Origin: Microgenomates group bacterium GW2011_GWC1_46_15
Lineage (GTDB): Bacteria > Patescibacteriota > Microgenomatia > UBA1400 > UBA12028
Length of the DNA stretch: 64,000 nucleotides
Assembly (NCBI GenBank): GCA_001002285.1
Contig: LCLX01000001.1
Coordinates: 64,030 to 128,029 of the forward strand
Direction of reading: 5' to 3'
A program made the translations under genes and the position numbers. The notes under the pieces were generated by a model. It was not told the origin of the DNA. It saw only the letters and a list, made by a program, of their open reading frames with translations, and made no database searches. Of the stretch, positions 55,446 to 64,000 are shown in pieces. The number at the start of each line of letters is the position of its first letter. The first letter of the stretch is position 1.

Positions 55446-57377
55446 ATGACTCCCAACGACCTTCGCACACAGTACATTGCATTTTTCTTTGTTCGCGGGC
55501 ACGCAGAACTCCCTTCAGCCCCGCTTGTTCCGGAAAACGATCCCACCACGCTGTTTACAGGTTTTGGTATGCAGCCGCTCGTTCCATATCTTTTGGGTCA
55601 GCCCCATCCTGAAGGGAAACGCTTAGTAAACTCGCAAAAAAGTTTCCGGTCGGGGGATATTGAGGAAGTTGGGGACAATCGGCACACCACATTTTTTGAG
55701 ATGCTTGGAAATTGGTCGCTCGGCGACTACTTTAAAAAAGAGCAACTCCAATGGTGTTTTGAGTTTTTAACGCAAACGCTTGAACTCGACCCAAAGAAAT
55801 TATTTGTAACGGTATTCCGTGGAAACGATGCAGTTCCACGCGATACCGAGTCGGTGAAGATTTGGAAAACGCTTTTTTCCGATGTTGGTATGCAGGCGCA
55901 GGATGTTGATTTTTCTGAGCGCGACGGGATGCAAAACGGCCGCATTTTTTACTACGATGAAAAGAAAAACTGGTGGTCGCGGTCGGGCGTTCCCTCTGCA
56001 ATGCCTACGGGTGAGCCTGGTGGACCGGATAGCGAAGTGTTCTATGATTTTGGTGCAGAACTGGGTTTGCATGAGTCCTCGCCATACAAAAATCAGCCAT
56101 GCCACGTAAACTGCGACTGCGGCCGGTTTTTGGAAATCGGCAACAGCGTGTTTATGCAGTATCAAAAACAAGCCGATGGTTCGTTTACTGAACTTCCACA
56201 AAAAAATGTTGATTTTGGCGGTGGCTTGGAAAGAATTTTAGCTGCAGTACATGATGAACCAGATATATTCAAAACAGAATTTTTTAGTGATTTAAGAAAT
56301 AAATTACTCGACGGAATAAATAAAGTAATAATAGATCAGACCAATCCAGAGTATACAAAATTGACTAATACAAGGGAATCTAGAGTAAGAATATTTTTAG
56401 ACCACTCAAGGGCTGTAATATTTCTTATGGGTGAGGGCATAAAACCAGGGAAAAACGAAAGAGAATATGTGGTGCGTAGATTAATTAGAAGAGCTGATGA
56501 TCAGTTATCTATCCTTAAATTAGACCACGAATTGTACTGGAAGGAGGCAATTTCTCATTATAAAAAAGTTTACAAAAATGTTTATAGTGCCTCATGGGAT
56601 CAAGAAAATATTCTAGGCATCATAATCAATGAATTAAGAATATATGGTACTGTTTTTAAAAATGTTGAGAAAATAAAAATAGAATTAATAAAATTAAAAG
56701 AAAAATTTTCACCAATTTCCCTTGCTTCAACATACGCTGGTCCAGTTTTATTTCATTATCAAAGTACGTATGGAATACCTAGTACAGCAACTCTCCCATT
56801 AATAGAAGAAGTTGGTTTATTACCAAAATATGCTTTTACAAGTTTTAATAAAGAAAAAGCGTACCATCAGGAAAAATCACGCACGGCATCCAAGGGTATG
56901 TTTAAAGGGGGACTTGCGGATCACTCAGAAAACGTAACGAAGTACCACACTGCAACGCACCTTCTGCACGCCGCGCTGCGCAAAGTACTCGGTGAACACG
57001 TTTCTCAGCAGGGCTCAAACATTACGGGTGAACGACTGCGGTTTGATTTTTCGCATCCCACAGCGCTCACAGAAGAACAAAAAAAGAAAGTTGAAGATAT
57101 GATCAATGAAAAAATCAAAGAAGATCTTCCCGTAACGCAAGAAATGGTGTCCAAAGACGAGGCGCTCAAGCAGGGGGCGATGGCATTTTTCAAAGAAAAA
57201 TACGCCGATACCGTTTCCATGTATACGATCGGCAAAGATCTTAAAAAAGGCTGGTTTTCTAAAGAGTTGTGCGGCGGCCCGCACGTTGCGCATACCGGTG
57301 AAATTGGCCCAATAAAAATCACAAAAGAGGAATCAGTTGGCTCAGGGATTCGGAGAATCTATGTGCAGTTTGCCTAA
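55446..57377 (+). CDS. alaS: Alanine--tRNA ligase (no C-Ala domain)
   Basis: DPTTLFT, HTTFFEMLGNWS, DFGGGLER, editing HTATH and ELCGGPH. Confidence 0.96.
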   Translation: MTPNDLRTQYIAFFFVRGHAELPSAPLVPENDPTTLFTGFGMQPLVPYLLGQPHPEGKRLVNSQKSFRSGDIEEVGDNRHTTFFEMLGNWSLGDYFKKEQLQWCFEFLTQTLELDPKKLFVTVFRGNDAVPRDTESVKIWKTLFSDVGMQAQDVDFSERDGMQNGRIFYYDEKKNWWSRSGVPSAMPTGEPGGPDSEVFYDFGAELGLHESSPYKNQPCHVNCDCGRFLEIGNSVFMQYQKQADGSFTELPQKNVDFGGGLERILAAVHDEPDIFKTEFFSDLRNKLLDGINKVIIDQTNPEYTKLTNTRESRVRIFLDHSRAVIFLMGEGIKPGKNEREYVVRRLIRRADDQLSILKLDHELYWKEAISHYKKVYKNVYSASWDQENILGIIINELRIYGTVFKNVEKIKIELIKLKEKFSPISLASTYAGPVLFHYQSTYGIPSTATLPLIEEVGLLPKYAFTSFNKEKAYHQEKSRTASKGMFKGGLADHSENVTKYHTATHLLHAALRKVLGEHVSQQGSNITGERLRFDFSHPTALTEEQKKKVEDMINEKIKEDLPVTQEMVSKDEALKQGAMAFFKEKYADTVSMYTIGKDLKKGWFSKELCGGPHVAHTGEIGPIKITKEESVGSGIRRIYVQFA

Positions 57378-57404
57378 GCTCCTCTTTCTTGATTAAATAG
57401 GGGT

Positions 57405-59744
57405 ATGGGTCTGCCACATCTTTTTCCTGGTGCGAAAAAAACCACAGATCAGCGGGTGTTTCTTTCCCTGGATATTGGAGAAGAAACGATCACTGCTGGG
57501 TTGTGGAAGATTGAGAATAATACCATTGAGTTCCTCAAGACAAGTAGTCCAATTGAGTGGAAAGATACGTCTCCCACAGATGCCGCCGAGGCTGCGGACG
57601 TTGCGCTTGGAGAACTTGGCCAAGACGCCGACAACGTGCACGATATTGTGTTTGGACTTCAGGAATCTTGGGTGCGGGGGCAGACTATCGTTGTTGACCG
57701 CAAACCCGTTCTCAAACTTCTCAAAGAACAACTTGAGCTTCACCCCTTAGGATTTGTTGTAACAACAGAAGCGTTGCTCCATTATCTGCAAGCTGAAGAA
57801 GGCGGACCGATCAGCTCGATTCTTCTGCAGTACACAAGTGAGCACATCATTGTTACGCTCGTGAAAGCGGGCAAAGTGATTCGGACAGAACAGGTTGGTC
57901 GGAGTGGAAGTAGTGTTGCCGATGTTATCGAGGGATTAACGAGGTTTTCCGGTACCACATTACCATCGCGCATGATTGTGTACAGCGTCCGCATGAAAGC
58001 GGAGGAGTTGGAGCGGGAAAAACAAACGTTGCTCACGCAGGAATGGCAAAAGGCTGTGAAGTTTCTCCATGTTCCAAAAATTGATGTGCTCCCCCCACAT
58101 ACGGTGATTCGGGCGGTGTGTGTTTATGGAGGGACAGAAGTCGCGGTGTCGCTTGGATATATTCAGCGCGGTGAAGCGGAGTCGCTTGTTCAATCGGGAG
58201 TTGCGGTGGGAAACGTGCACGAGGAAGAACCATTGCCTGCAAAGCGTGGGAAAAGAATGGTTGTTGAAGAAGTTGTGCCGGATGTCGTTGTACCTCCACA
58301 AAAATCACCAATAACAATGAGTTCCGCGGAAGAGTTTGGATTTCATGATGTTGGGAGCGCTACGGGTGTGGAACAAGAACAACCGCGGGAAGAAATAAAA
58401 ATCCGCGGGTATGTAACAGAAGAAGATACTTCGAATGTTTCTGGTATGGAACAGGAACGCGTAGAATTGCAGCCTCTATCGCAAATACAAAAACGCGCGT
58501 TCACCCTCCCCTCATTGGGGGCAATGTTTAGTGCAGTGCGTCTGCCTAAAATATCTCTGCCAAAAATTTCTATTCAACTACCGTCACTTTCCGGCGGCCA
58601 GACGGGACTAATGATTGGTATCGTACTCGTTGTTCTTCTCCTGGGAGTTGGCGGCGGCGCGTTCGCGCTTTCAAAAACAATGACGACAGCGTTCACCGTT
58701 GTGCTTAACACATCACCCATTTCAAAAGACATTGATATTACGTTGGATCCCACCGCAGCGCAGTCTAACCCCGAAGCAAATGTGGTAAAAGCGACAGTTA
58801 TAGAAAAAGAAGTATCGGGCGCGATGGAAGGTGCGACAACGGGAACGAATATTGTTGGCGACAAGGCAAAAGGAAAAGTAACGATATATAACGCAACGGG
58901 GAGCGAGAAAAAGTTTCCTGCGGGAACAACAATTACTGCGGCCAACGGCTTTAAGTTTACGCTTGATGGAGAAGTGATCATTGCAAGTTCTTCCGGCTCT
59001 TCCGCGCTCAACTCTCAGTTGGGTCAGGCTGATGTAACAGTGACTGCCGCAAAAATCGGCGCAGACTCTAATCTCCCAGCAAAAACGGAGTTTTCTGTAG
59101 CGAACTTTGACAAAAAAACGTATGTTGCGTCTAATGCCGATGCTTTTTCAGGTGGAACGAGCAGAGAAATTCAGGCGGTTTCAAAAGCAGACATAGACTC
59201 TCTTTCCAGCCTATTAACAGAAGATCTTAAGAAAAAAGCAAAAGACGCGCTCGTCCAGGGGGAAATTGGTGACATACACATCATTCCGGCGGATGAGTTT
59301 GAAGTCAAAAGCCAGCAGTTTAGCGCAAAAGCGGGTGACGAAGCAAAACTGGTAAATGTTTCGATGACGCTTACGGCAAAAGGCGTGTCATATACCACCG
59401 CCGACCTCCTTCCGATCGCGCAACGGCAGCTTCAAGATCTCTTGCTCGATGGCGCAGTGTTACGACAGGAAAAAACGCAGTTAACTGTACAATCGCTCGA
59501 GCGTGACAAGGAAGCATATCAGCTGAAAGTTTCACTCGTGTCAGAAACAATTCCGGCGTTTGATAAATCTTCCGCGATCTCAAACATTATGGGTAGAACA
59601 CTTTTGCAGAGCGTGAACATACTCAAAGACATGAAAGAGGTACAAGACGCGCGTGTTGTTGTTTTACCAGGCATCGCAAAAACTGTTTTTGGCGTGGTTC
59701 CAAAAGATACGAAACGCGTAACAATGCAGACAACGTTAGAGTAA
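57405..59744 (+). CDS. Transmembrane protein: FtsA/PilM-like N-terminus, baseplate-J-like extracellular domain
   Basis: FLSLDIG, L.PLGFVVTTEAL; one TM helix; KAKGKVTIYN, PAGT, VTAAKIGADSN, FSGG. Confidence 0.65.
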   Translation: MGLPHLFPGAKKTTDQRVFLSLDIGEETITAGLWKIENNTIEFLKTSSPIEWKDTSPTDAAEAADVALGELGQDADNVHDIVFGLQESWVRGQTIVVDRKPVLKLLKEQLELHPLGFVVTTEALLHYLQAEEGGPISSILLQYTSEHIIVTLVKAGKVIRTEQVGRSGSSVADVIEGLTRFSGTTLPSRMIVYSVRMKAEELEREKQTLLTQEWQKAVKFLHVPKIDVLPPHTVIRAVCVYGGTEVAVSLGYIQRGEAESLVQSGVAVGNVHEEEPLPAKRGKRMVVEEVVPDVVVPPQKSPITMSSAEEFGFHDVGSATGVEQEQPREEIKIRGYVTEEDTSNVSGMEQERVELQPLSQIQKRAFTLPSLGAMFSAVRLPKISLPKISIQLPSLSGGQTGLMIGIVLVVLLLGVGGGAFALSKTMTTAFTVVLNTSPISKDIDITLDPTAAQSNPEANVVKATVIEKEVSGAMEGATTGTNIVGDKAKGKVTIYNATGSEKKFPAGTTITAANGFKFTLDGEVIIASSSGSSALNSQLGQADVTVTAAKIGADSNLPAKTEFSVANFDKKTYVASNADAFSGGTSREIQAVSKADIDSLSSLLTEDLKKKAKDALVQGEIGDIHIIPADEFEVKSQQFSAKAGDEAKLVNVSMTLTAKGVSYTTADLLPIAQRQLQDLLLDGAVLRQEKTQLTVQSLERDKEAYQLKVSLVSETIPAFDKSSAISNIMGRTLLQSVNILKDMKEVQDARVVVLPGIAKTVFGVVPKDTKRVTMQTTLE

Positions 59745-59766
59745 TGCGCGGTACAATACTATTCCT

Positions 59767-60594
59767 ATGCAAAAAATCGTGTACAAGAAAGCGAGTCGGG
59801 TTTCCGTACAGCGGAACAGTGTTCCTGCGCCGTACCATCAAACAAAAAGCCGGAGGTTTGTCCACATCATTCCCGCGGTTTTAGTAACACTGGGGAGTAT
59901 GCTGATTGCAAACGTGTTGTGGCCGATTATTTCGTATCAACTCTTCGTTTCTCCATCACTGCAAAAACAAGCGCTTCTTTCGCCGGTTGCGGATACTTCA
60001 TTTGATGAAACTGGTTCGTACATTCAACAGGTGTTGCCTGTCCGCGCATTGGGTGATGAAAGAATTCCGCGCGAGCCAAAAATTTTAACGGAAGAGTTGG
60101 ACTACACAAACCTTTCACAATGGTTCCCAACGCAGGAAATTCCGGAAGTTCGGCCGGAAGAAGCAATCACGTATGAAATTGACATTCCCGCTCTGCGTAT
60201 TCAGCAGGCAAAAGTGAAGGTAGGCGGGCTTGCTCTTGATAAAAACTTGATTCAATATCCTGGTACTGCTAATCCTGGTGAACTGGGGTCGCCGGTGATT
60301 TTTGGACACTCCGTTTCGCCATTGTTTTATAATCCCTCGCTCAACAACCCACGGCGGTACGTTTCAATTTTTACAAAAATTATGGACTTAAAGAAGGGTG
60401 ATACAATCACTGTCCGGTACGACGGTATTACGTATACCTACCGTGTAACGAACAAAATGGAAGTGAAACCTGAAGATACGTACATTCTTCAGCAAAGATA
60501 TGATGTCCGGGAGCTGAAGCTTGTTACATGTACACCGCCGGGAACGGTACTGCGGCGCGGTATCGTGTTTGCCCAACTGGAAGACATACAATGA
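59767..60594 (+). CDS. Sortase
   Basis: N-terminal TM, YPGTANPG, IFGHS, LVTCTPPG..RR. Confidence 0.92.
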   Translation: MQKIVYKKASRVSVQRNSVPAPYHQTKSRRFVHIIPAVLVTLGSMLIANVLWPIISYQLFVSPSLQKQALLSPVADTSFDETGSYIQQVLPVRALGDERIPREPKILTEELDYTNLSQWFPTQEIPEVRPEEAITYEIDIPALRIQQAKVKVGGLALDKNLIQYPGTANPGELGSPVIFGHSVSPLFYNPSLNNPRRYVSIFTKIMDLKKGDTITVRYDGITYTYRVTNKMEVKPEDTYILQQRYDVRELKLVTCTPPGTVLRRGIVFAQLEDIQ

Positions 60595-60971
60595 AACTTT
60601 TAGCGATTGATTATGGAACAAAACGTGTTGGTGTTGCGCTCAACCACGAGTGGCTCGCCGAACCGTTCGCGGTGTATGAGCGGTCTACCGCTTTGGATGA
60701 AGTTGTGAAGTTAGTGCGGTCAGAATGTATTGAGGCAGTGGTGATTGGTATTTCTGAGGGAAAAATGGCTGAAGATGCCCGACGTTTTACGCATGAGGTG
60801 TGTGCAAAGACCGGCGCCAAGTATATTGAAGTTGACGAAACGCTCACCAGCAGAGAAACGCATGAGAAACTTGCAAGTAGCGCAATGTCAAAACAAAAAA
60901 GACAAAAGCCGATTGATCACTACGCCGCTGCGGCAATCCTACAGGACTATCTCGACACGCATCAATCGTGA
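60591..60971 (+). CDS. yqgF: YqgF/RuvX family nuclease
   Basis: LAIDYGTKRVGVA, VDETLTS, DHYAAAAILQDYL. Confidence 0.93.
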   Translation: MKLLAIDYGTKRVGVALNHEWLAEPFAVYERSTALDEVVKLVRSECIEAVVIGISEGKMAEDARRFTHEVCAKTGAKYIEVDETLTSRETHEKLASSAMSKQKRQKPIDHYAAAAILQDYLDTHQS

Positions 60972-60975
60972 ATAT

Positions 60976-61389
60976 TTATTTCTTGAGTGCTAACGCACGG
61001 TCAAATGTTTTTTTTGCTGCTTCAAATCCCAAAAGTGATTTCACTTCGTGTTCATCGGCCCACTTCACGTCTTCCATTTCCCAATCGTGGTCGGCAATAT
61101 TGCCGGACACGTACTCCATCACATAGTACTGGACGGTTTTAGAAATTTTTTCACCGTTGAATGTATAAAAATATGATTCTTTTTCTTGAATTAGCGTGAT
61201 GATGTTTGCGGTGATGCCGGTTTCTTCACGCACCTCACGGATTGCCGTTGTTTGAGCATCCTCCCCCGGGTCAATCAAGCCTTTTGGAAATGCCCATTTG
61301 TGATAGCCAGAGTGCTTTGCGATCAACCACAATGTTTTACCGCCTTGGGTTTTAAAGACGATTCCGCCAGCCGAATGTTCAGTTTTCAT
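60976..61389 (-). CDS. NUDIX hydrolase (Ap4A-hydrolase-like)
   Basis: SAGGIV, WAFPKG.IDPGE...TAIREVREETG. Confidence 0.92.
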   Translation of the reverse strand: MKTEHSAGGIVFKTQGGKTLWLIAKHSGYHKWAFPKGLIDPGEDAQTTAIREVREETGITANIITLIQEKESYFYTFNGEKISKTVQYYVMEYVSGNIADHDWEMEDVKWADEHEVKSLLGFEAAKKTFDRALALKK

Positions 61390-61411
61390 AGATGTATTAT
61401 TCTCTAGGTGA

Positions 61412-61474
61412 GATGATTTCTTTTTGAGGAACTCAGGGTATCGGGTTCCCTGGAGACGAAAAAAAGAAATGATC
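61412..61474. repeat. Structured repeat element, copy 2
   Basis: GAGGAACTCAGGGT-ATC-GGGTTCCCTGGAGA inside inverted repeat ATTTCTTTTT/AAAAAGAAAT. Confidence 0.75.
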
Positions 61475-61483
61475 GAACACCTG

Positions 61484-61555
61484 TGCTCCCAAGTGGAATC
61501 GAACCACTACCTCAAGGTTCGGAACCTTGTGGTCTATCCGTTAGCCTATGGGAGC
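61484..61555 (-). tRNA. tRNA-Arg(CCG)
   Basis: GCTCCCA/TGGGAGC acceptor, CAAGG-TTCCGAA-CCTTG, AGTGG-TTCGATT-CCACT; TGGTATAAT upstream. Confidence 0.95.
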
Positions 61556-61613
61556 GAACAGCCCAATTATACCAGGCTTTCCTTTTTCCTATTCAGTCAT
61601 ATAATTCAAGCCT

Positions 61614-61964
61614 ATGTTTGAAAAAGACAGTATTGAGTACAAACGCGTGGTTTCTCCAGGACATATTCGTCTGAGTGCGGAGTTACATGGAAAAATTGTT
61701 GGATCTGTGATCATCTTCATTCTTGAAAAGATTGCATTGCTCGAAAAATTTCATGTTGATTCAGAAGTAAGAAAAAATGGAGTAGGGACGCATATGCTTG
61801 AAGAAGTTGAGGCACTTTGTGTGGAACAAGGCGCTTTTCAACTTTTGCGCATTGGTATGTTTTGTGACGCAGACTCAATTTTTGAATATATCGCTATTGT
61901 GCAATTTTTACGCAAACGCAAATACAAATATCGAGGTATTTGGTTGTCCAAGAAACTTCGCTAA
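61614..61964 (+). CDS. GNAT-family acetyltransferase
   Basis: HVDSEVRKNGVGTHML motif A. Confidence 0.75.
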   Translation: MFEKDSIEYKRVVSPGHIRLSAELHGKIVGSVIIFILEKIALLEKFHVDSEVRKNGVGTHMLEEVEALCVEQGAFQLLRIGMFCDADSIFEYIAIVQFLRKRKYKYRGIWLSKKLR

Positions 61965-61999
61965 TAGGGTTCTGTTCATCCATACGGTAAAATGGGCGG

Positions 62000-62953
62000 A
62001 TGACCATGTGGCAGATACTTCCTAAACCATTCACAATTCTTGCCCCCATGGAGGAGGTAACGGATACCGTGTTCCGGCAGATTGTCACGCGCGCAGGCAA
62101 GCCGGATGTGTTTTTCACGGAGTTTTGCAATGTTGATGGTTTGCAGTCCAAAGGAAGGGAAAAAGTAATTCATCGCTTGCAGTACACAAAAGGCGAACAT
62201 CCGATTGTTGCGCAAATCTGGGGAAACACGCCCGAGCATTACTACACAACCGCGAAAGAACTCGTAGAGATGGGATTTGACGGCATTGATATCAACATGG
62301 GATGTCCAGAAAAAGACGTGATTAAAAGCGGGAGCTGTATTGCACTTATCAACAACCGCACGTTGGCGGCAGAAATTATTGATGCAACACGGCGCGGAGC
62401 CAGAAAGTTACCTGTGAGTGTAAAAACGCGGATTGGTCTAAACACCATTGCAACAGAGGATTGGTGCGGGTGGCTCCTTTCCCAAAACCTTGGCGCGCTT
62501 ACCGTACATGGAAGAACAGCAAAGGAACAATCTATGGTGCCGGCGCACTGGGATGAGATTGGGAAAGTGGTGAAGCTGCGGGATCAGATGAAACTCAAAA
62601 CAATGATTATCGGCAACGGTGACGTGCGGGACAAACATGATGCAGAAGAAAAGGCGCTGATATATGGTGTTGACGGCGTGATGATCGGCCGCGGAATCTT
62701 TGAGAACCTGTGGTGTTTTTCTAACCATCAGCCAACAAAAGACGAACGCCTGCATATGTTGATAGAACACGCGCGGCTATGGGAAAAAACGTGGGGCAGT
62801 ACAAAACACTTCGCGATTATGCGCAAGTTTGTGAAGGCATACGTAAAAGGATGGGATGGCGCAAGTGAGTTGCGGGCAAAGTTAATGACGGCGAACTCTG
62901 CTAGTGAGATGGAGAAGATAATTTCGACTTCACATGTCGAGACTTCAAAATAA
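62000..62953 (+). CDS. dus: tRNA-dihydrouridine synthase
   Basis: LAPMEEVTD, DINMGCP, SVKTRIG, VHGRT, GNGD, MIGRG. Confidence 0.96.
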   Translation: MTMWQILPKPFTILAPMEEVTDTVFRQIVTRAGKPDVFFTEFCNVDGLQSKGREKVIHRLQYTKGEHPIVAQIWGNTPEHYYTTAKELVEMGFDGIDINMGCPEKDVIKSGSCIALINNRTLAAEIIDATRRGARKLPVSVKTRIGLNTIATEDWCGWLLSQNLGALTVHGRTAKEQSMVPAHWDEIGKVVKLRDQMKLKTMIIGNGDVRDKHDAEEKALIYGVDGVMIGRGIFENLWCFSNHQPTKDERLHMLIEHARLWEKTWGSTKHFAIMRKFVKAYVKGWDGASELRAKLMTANSASEMEKIISTSHVETSK

Positions 62954-63335
62954 TCAACATAATAATGACGTTCATGATAGCAAGCGCTAATGGATACAGA
63001 TATGTGGCAATGTTGTATTGTCCCAAAGCAGTAATAGATAAACCGTGTCGTAGCGCGTGTAAAACATAACTCACGAACGTTTCACTCTCCGGAGCTTTTA
63101 TTGTTTTTCGTATTGTTGGAATAAATGCAAGTACGTCAACCGTTGTGAGAATAATAATGGATAGGGTTGGATCGTTTGTTAACAACCACGGAATAATCGC
63201 GAGCAAAGCCGCAATAAATATAATGACATCAGACCTTGTAATGTCCTTACTTCCATACTTGAAGGAAATAAGCGCGATGAAAATTGTGAGTAGTCCAGTT
63301 ACTCCCGTTGTCCACGAACCAGCACCTCCTCCTTT
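62901..63335 (-). pseudogene. Probably 5'-truncated membrane protein gene
   Basis: Membrane-protein-like sequence starts abruptly at KGGGAGSW beside the upstream stop; DVLAFIPTIRKT..P.SET; overlaps the dus 3' end. Confidence 0.5.
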
Positions 63336-63337
63336 AT

Positions 63338-64000
63338 TTAGCCTTTTCTCATTTGCCAAAAAAGAGCAAGAAGAACACCAAGAAATGTTGCAGCAGAAAG
63401 CACATCAACAGCCATTCTTTGCGGTGTTTCGGTCATCTTCGACACAATGAGATTTTGTCCTTTAGGAATGGGGAACACAAGCATACCGGAGTTTGTAGTG
63501 TCTTTGTAGTTCACATCCACCTCTGTTCCATTGACCCAAACCCTCCAGCCAGGATAGTACATAGTGTGCTCGACAAGCGTTGTGGCCTGAGGCGCATAAG
63601 CAGAATACTGATGTTCTTGCGTTTTCCAGGATGTAACGTGAATCTTTGTCTTTGGCGCGCGCGACTCAACTTTTTGTACTGGAAGACCTTGTGGTTTTGG
63701 TACAAGCCATTGTGTTGCCTGTTCATCGGCCCACGTGGTCGTCCCCTCAATCGCATCACCTGTAAACTTTTCTTCAAACACAACCTGATTGACATGCCAC
63801 TCGTCTTTGGCGATGGCAAACACGAAAACGATAGAAATAATCACAACGAGCCACGTCACAAAAGGTTTCCAGTTCATCTTTTTTGATATGTAGTACAAGC
63901 CGAAACTTGAAAGAATACTCAGCGAAGAAACAGTGATCATGAGGAACCGCCATGGGAACTGGACAAAGGGTAAAAGCGGGATACGGTCCCACAACGGTTT
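63338..64000 (-). CDS. YfhO/PTPS-related (GT-C-like) membrane protein, 3' part
   Basis: L.FVQFPWRFL, YYPGWRVWVNG, C-terminal TM; start lies beyond the window. Confidence 0.8.
   Translation of the reverse strand, partial: KPLWDRIPLLPFVQFPWRFLMITVSSLSILSSFGLYYISKKMNWKPFVTWLVVIISIVFVFAIAKDEWHVNQVVFEEKFTGDAIEGTTTWADEQATQWLVPKPQGLPVQKVESRAPKTKIHVTSWKTQEHQYSAYAPQATTLVEHTMYYPGWRVWVNGTEVDVNYKDTTNSGMLVFPIPKGQNLIVSKMTETPQRMAVDVLSAATFLGVLLALFWQMRKG

Noticed and set aside
56230-56860. Intein, intron or DGR variable region in alaS
   Set aside because: The segment is colinear with the normal AlaRS helical domain and has no splice motifs; no template repeat or RT is in the window.
1-64000. CRISPR array, rRNA, integrase/transposase, reverse transcriptase or prophage
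   Set aside because: I saw no regularly spaced repeats with unique spacers, no rRNA-like stretch and no such protein motifs.
1-64000. Alternative genetic code (TGA = Gly) as in Gracilibacteria/Absconditabacteria
   Set aside because: sufB, trpS, ftsH and ftsK end at TGA at their expected C-termini, and ORFs are intact under code 11.

Overview
Chromosomal segment of a Patescibacteria/CPR bacterium, most likely Microgenomates (inferred from gene content: short IF2, AlaRS without C-Ala, TsaC-TsaE fusion, degenerate DHH protein, sortase and baseplate-J-like membrane protein). It uses the standard code, with TGA as a stop. Most of it is housekeeping: sodA, mutY, sufCBDSU (SufB carries a LAGLIDADG intein), tsaC-E/tsaD, trpS, ftsH, hrcA-grpE-dnaK-dnaJ with a CIRCE, nadD/nadE, nusA-infB, rpsO-pnp, rnj-ftsK, alaS, yqgF and dus. 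There are also three tRNAs and three toxin-antitoxin pairs. The best candidate for an undescribed system is a 5-gene cluster of all-helical proteins I cannot assign to known families (38484-44323), inserted between infB/DHH and rpsO. It has a (GT)7 tract in its putative promoter, a C-terminal motif shared by two members, one protein with hydrophobic hairpins and a DUF5663-like small protein. Other notable signals: an AT-rich internal segment of alaS that changes the G3:U70-reading residues; a repeated hairpin element whose outer stems differ in sequence; pervasive -10 boxes 6-8 nt upstream of ATG (leaderless-like genes); a protease-less Lon ATPase; a K+ channel with a GVGYG filter; and a tRNA-Ser(GCT) with C33. 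All calls come from reading motifs by eye; no database searches were run.
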